From positions 1-44,548 of the forward strand of contig CAZGVA010000001.1 of the NCBI GenBank assembly GCA_964528765.1: a stretch of 44,548 nt of DNA. Reading direction: 5' to 3'. This DNA comes from Candidatus Woesearchaeota archaeon (GTDB taxonomy: Archaea; Nanobdellota; Nanobdellia; UBA10117; JABICX01). Both the position numbers and the translations under genes were made by a program. This document shows positions 15,001 through 21,000 of the stretch, one piece after another. The notes below the pieces were generated by a model, which saw nothing but the letters and a program-made list of their open reading frames with translations, had not been told where the DNA came from and made no database searches. Every line of letters begins with the position of its first letter. Within the stretch, counting starts at the first letter, position 1.

Positions 15001-18000
15001 AAAATTAAATATAGCGTCATCGGCAATCAGTGTTCCTGCAGATGCCCAGACTGTATCTGCACTTGCTGTTCCATCGTTACTTCCAATTGAATCTGTAACA
15101 TCGGTTCCAGTTCCTTCATCAAATTGCCAGCAAGACACTAGATTTGTTTGACTCATATCTGCACATTTTGCAAACATATTTGCTCGTATTTCTGATACTG
15201 AAAGCTCTGCGTCATATATAGAGACTCTTGCAATTGATCCGTTGAAATAGAAACTTCCATCACTTCTACGACCAATAGTAAGCGGATTAGTTGTATCTGT
15301 AGATATGTCTTGTTCTTTAAAACCCTCATATTTACCATCAATATATATTTTTGTGGTTGTACCATTATTTGTAAATGCCACATGATGCCATTTATCTATG
15401 TCCAACGCAGTAGTACTTACTGCAAGATCTCCAGGAGTTCCATCATATAAATAAACCTGACCGGGATAACCAATACCATCACCTGTATATGTTCCAGAAA
15501 TACCCAATGCCCAAGTATTGGTGCTTTCATATTTGGAGATTGGATAATTTACTACTTGATGCGAATAGGATGTTGGTTTAAGCCAAGTTTCAACAGTAAT
15601 TTCATTCATATTAAGACTTGCGTCATTTCCTGCATCGACATATTCATTAGTTTTTGTTAAATCCAAAGCAGACTTTCCAATTAGTCCGCCTGAAGATTGG
15701 AAGTTATCTGTAACAGATATATTCGAAGAACGTGCTTGGAGTGTTCCACCCGTGGCAATTGTTAAATTATTTGTTTTTAATCCTTGGTTGTTTGTTGCGT
15801 GCGTATCTAAGATACCTGAACCAATAATGACATTTCTATTTGTACTTATGCTATTTGTGCTCAAAGTATATGTTCCATCTTGAACAAATACCGTTTGGCC
15901 TGCAAGCTGACCATCCTCAACATCGGTTGTACTTCCTGCTCCAGATAAAATAAATGTTGGTGGCGTATCTGCAGGACAAGCTCCATCTAAATTAATATAT
16001 CCATCAAATAATACAAGTGCATCTGTTCCAAAATTTGTAGTTCCAGATCCTTGATTGAAAATACCACCAAACCTGACTCGCTGTCCATTTATATCAAATG
16101 TTTCATCATTTGAAACCGTAACTGCATCAAACTCGCAATCGCCTTCCAAAGTAATTGTTGCAAGATTTGCAGATCCGCTATCAATGGTTATATCTGATTG
16201 GAAATCAACCCATTTAAATTTCCAGTTTGAACCTACGCGGTAATCCCACGTCCAAACACCATTTTCACTATCAATTATTCCTGGATATAGTTGACTTGCA
16301 CCTTCAATTGTAGCATTATCATTACTGCTAGCTAAAATAAATCCAGTTCCACCAACAGTATTATTTAAGATACCTTGTTGTGAATCATTACCTAAAATTA
16401 TGCCTGTACCATCATACATTTGAGGTACTCCACTATCTAAATGAAGTAAATTTAAAACGGTAAAATTCTCACGGAATCTCGTATTTGTTCCAGTCTCAAT
16501 AGTTAAGTTTTCAAAAATTGCTCCATTTGGAGAAATATCCACCGGATTAGCTGTTCCATTAAATACAACATTTCCATTATTATGTACAAACTCACCATTA
16601 TTATCGAAAACAATTGCGCCGCCACCCGATATGGTGGTATTTTCTGAAGATGCTAAATAGATTCCCGTGCTTTGAATAACTAATGAACCAAAAATTTGAT
16701 CGCCACCCAGACTTGCATTCAAAGTTCCATTGATTTCGGCATCACCTGTAACTTCATATGAAAATACTGAAGTATTTACAACAATTCCTTCAGAAATATT
16801 TAAATCAGTGCATGAAACATTGTCAACTAGTTCAAAACTTTGTACGGGGTTACATTGATCAAGGTCATCTAAACTGTAATTTGTAAATTCAGAGACATTA
16901 AATTCATAATCATCCCCGCCCAAATCAGAAATTTCCCCACAATAATCTCCACAAGCTTCATCATTTCTTAATGTGATTGGAAGACTTATTCCAGAAACAT
17001 CATAGAAAGTTAGATTTGCTGGTTGATTTAGTCCTTGGAAGCTAGCTGAATCAACATCAATTGAGTTTAATGTTATATCAATTCCATTTCCAAGTCCGAG
17101 TGTTCCTGCTTCAGTAACATCTAAATCTTCAATATTTTTCCAATTAACTTCTCCATAAGAATTATTATATATAATATTATTAAGATAATCTGACGTTGTG
17201 TCATCTTTTATTATATATGATGATGACGCAGTAATATTATTATTTAGGAAAATGTTATCGTAAGTCTGAGTAAAAGAAAGATAAATAGCTTCTGTAGCTG
17301 CAGTAATTTCATTATTATAGACATTACACCCTTTGGCATCTGTAACTTGTAGTGCTTTGCTCGTAGTTGCAGTTATTGTATTATAATATATATTGTTATA
17401 ATCACCATCATTATATATCCGTAATGACATAGAATCTGCACTTATAGTATTGTTATAAACTTCATTGAGATTTGACCGATAATATAAATATATTCCTTCA
17501 TCGTTTCCCACGCTGACAGTGTTATTTGCAACAATATTTGAGTCAGCATTATTGTGTAACATTATACCTCGATTTAAATCAACCGTAACGGTATTATTTT
17601 CAATCAATCCGTTACTTGCGCCCCAATAATATATTCCATAAGATTTACCCGTTCCATTAATGGAAAGGTTACAATTCTTTACAGTAACATTATCTCCAGT
17701 TACCCAAAATCCAGTATTTTCGTTTCCTTGGATTGTATGCCCTGCACAGTCGAATACTACGTCTGACGCAGTTATGTTGATTATGTAATCATTAGTACAG
17801 TCCATTATGTCTTCACTCAATTCTGTTGATGTTGTGATTTCAGTTCCACATTCTACAGAATTATCAATACTCCAATACATTGCTTCTTCATAAAACTCCT
17901 TGTAACTAGTCACGGTACGCAGCGGACTATATGAAGCCTCATTCATGCATCGAAGTGTTACACTACTTCCACCACCTATTTGATTATGAACTAGAAATCT

Positions 18001-21000
18001 GTTGGCTAAAAAGTTATGATTTTTTTCTACTTCTAAATTATACACAACTTCTTTTTCCTCAACTAAATATTTTTCAGTAATAATTTCCCGAGTTAAATCA
18101 TAAGATTCTGCATCAACCCCAATAAATACTTTTACCCATTGAATTAATTTAACAAATAAATTGTCTGATTTTACAAAAGTATTCTCGTCAAATATAAATA
18201 TCGTATCACCGACGCTTAACTCAGATGCATACACAAAATCCTTTTTAAAATCAAGCATATCTCCTACATTAATATTATTTTCTTTTGCAAATCCCGATTT
18301 AATTTCCAATACATATCTTGTGCTATTTAAATTCTTATCATATATTTTTCCAGGTAAAGCATTATGCTCCACCGCCAATACAACACCCTCAATATCTATC
18401 CAAATAATATCTAGTGAGTGTTTCAAAGTTTTAGTTTGTATTATTACATTGCCAATATCTTGAATCATAAACAAAACACCTTCATCTACCCAAGACTCTC
18501 GATCGGTTAATCCTTGAGTTTGTTCTTCTTTTGTATACAACCTATGTGGAGTAACAAGTTTTTCATTTTCTAGAACAATGTCAGTTTCGGTTAAAAATGA
18601 GTGGCTTCTAGTTGGTTTAACTGAATAATTATTTGCTTTCAGAAGATAATACTCTTGTGGTGAATACTCAAAAACATGTGTTACTCTATCTTTTTGTATT
18701 TTTCCAGTATCTACGTTAAAAGCGAAAATCGTATCATTAACTTTAATATCTTTTATTTTGACATCTCCAAATGTCGTATGCACTAAAGTGTCACCTGTAA
18801 GACATACATTATTCTCAATCTGTATCTGAAAATGAAGCTCATCCTCGTTATAATCCCAGCACGAGTCAGGTAGTGATTCATTAGTTGTTGTTGGTCCGCT
18901 TGCTGTATCCATTCTCACTTGTATTACACTTTCATTTGTTGCTCCTGCAGGTTTTGTATAATTGAAGTCACATACAGCAATCTGTCCATTACTTGAAGTG
19001 CCAAAAGTATCCCAATCACCATCATAAAAATTGGCTGCATCAACAGGACTTCCTGTACAACTATAACTTATATCTGGATCTTCTTGATAAGACCACTCAG
19101 GATCGTAAGCAAAATCACTAACTGAATCATTTTTATTATAAAAGTCAAATCTAATTGTTGCATAACCTGCAATGTGCATAAGATTGCTTAAGTAAGCTGT
19201 TTCTGAACAAGTGTAATTTTCAATTAGCCAATAATCTGGCTTAATTGATTGATTCTGGGCTAATTCTATGTATCTGTATGAATTATTCTGAGCATCTACA
19301 ATCAACAGAGAATCTGCTAAATTAATTGAATCATTAAGATTTGCCTCTCCGCAGGTCAGGTCTAAGAACCTCATTTCATCAACTGTTTCGTCTAAGTCAG
19401 TAAGTATCTCGGTCCAGTTGGCGTTTGGTGAAGAAATCTTCAAATCTGCAGTTCCACTTGTGTTGAAAGCAACTATCCATGTTTCTCCATCTCGCAAGTA
19501 TGTGTATGGATTCAAAACAATAATTTCAATTTCAAATACTTGATCTGAAGTGTGTGGTGTGATCCATTCTAACTTGTCAATTAAACCATCTTCATCCGCA
19601 TCAATCATCCATAAATCAATATTCTCATCCAGAGTAACATCTACTTTTGTTGTTGTAGTAATAACTTCAAAGTATGTTTCATTAGTAGTTTCATTAATCT
19701 GCTCAACTTCAGTAGTATTTTCTTGTATCCAGTACAACTGGATAGCAGATTCAGGAACTTGTTGCTCAAGAGTTGTATATGTAAGAATATTTTCATAGTG
19801 CAAATCTGAAGAAACTATAACTCTCTTTCCAAGATCTGTTGCTTCTTCAGTTGTTGTTGGAGCAGGAGTTTCATATTCAATAAGTAATTCATCATCAGAA
19901 GTGATATTATCATTAACAATAATTGTCTTGTTTGGACCATCTTCAAATGCTACATATCCTGTAATAGCCCCACTAAATGTTTGTTTTATCCAATTTACAA
20001 ATTTAATTAGTCCCAAATTATTTGTTTCGGAGACAGATGCTCCAGTTATTCCATAAACTTGCTCACTTGCGGGTATATCAAAACTTTCAGTTTCTGCTTC
20101 CGGATTAGCTAAGATATTTTCATCAGAAATATCATAAATTGAAATACCTTCAATATTCTCATCTGGAATTATCTCTTCAAAACCATGAGAATTAATTTTT
20201 TTGATTTTAATTTGAGTTGCATCTTCTGGAACTTCAATTAATAATTGTGTTGTATCGGATTCAGGCTGAACTAGAGTTGACCATTGAACGGGCTGGTTAA
20301 TAATTGCGTCAAATTGAACAGTTCTAACTCCCTCAGGTGTTTCGCTAATTATCTGCTCAATTTCAGGTGTATCATTTATTTCAGGAGTATTGTTCAATTC
20401 AGGAATTGTAAATTCTTCTTCAGGTGTTTCTTCGGTTTCATTCACAACTTCAGGTGTTTCAGTATCTTGTGGAATTGCTCCATAAACTACAAAATAGGTG
20501 ATTGATTCTTCTTCAGCAGGCATACTTGAGACTGCGCCAGTAACTGCATCTGAAATACCAAATTCTGTCTCTGAGACCGGGTCTTGGGTTGATTCTTCTA
20601 TATCTTTTTCAGGTGTTTCTTCTACTTCTTCAACTAGCTCTGGATCTTCTTGTGTTTCTTCTTTTTCAGATTGTTCTTCGGTTTTTTCAGGTATTTCAAA
20701 CTCAACTTCAGGTGTTTCTTCTTGTTCTGGTTGTTCTTCAGATTCAGTATCATTTGTTTCAGGTTGCTCTTCAGGTGTTTCAGATTGCTCAACAGATTCT
20801 TCAGAAGAAGTTGGAGATTCGTAAATTAAATTATCAAACACAATCTCAGCTTCAATACATAACTCATTTTCATAAACTTCGTTTTGAATTGCAAAGGATA
20901 TATCTGTTCCATCAGAAGTATAAACTGCAATTCCATCCATACAAACTTGTGGTTTGTATTCGTCAAAAGTTATTATTTGAGTAATTATTTCGTCTGACGG

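Noticed and set aside
17983-18804. Calling the Hint domain a canonical mobile intein with a homing endonuclease.
   Set aside because: The +1 residue after His-Asn is Gln, not Cys/Ser/Thr. I saw no LAGLIDADG, HNH or GIY-YIG motif in the central ~170 aa. The host is a variable surface protein rather than a conserved replication or housekeeping enzyme. A BIL or pre-toxin-type Hint assignment fits better.
1326-20984. Fifteen short ORFs listed in the track inside 1-21 kb. The plus-strand ORFs include 5600..5854, 6560..6898, 10061..10318, 11917..12237, 12962..13243, 16055..16243, 18161..18463, 19550..19798, 20284..20505, 20498..20824 and 20589..20984. The minus-strand ORFs are 1326..1520, 7260..7451, 10392..10577 and 15153..15383.
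   Set aside because: All lie antisense to, or out of frame with, the continuous 7,054-codon minus-strand ORF. The four minus-strand ones end at coordinates congruent to 2 mod 3, whereas the giant ORF uses 0 mod 3. Their sequences are low-complexity mirror images of it, for example the Ser/Leu-rich shadows of the acidic linker.
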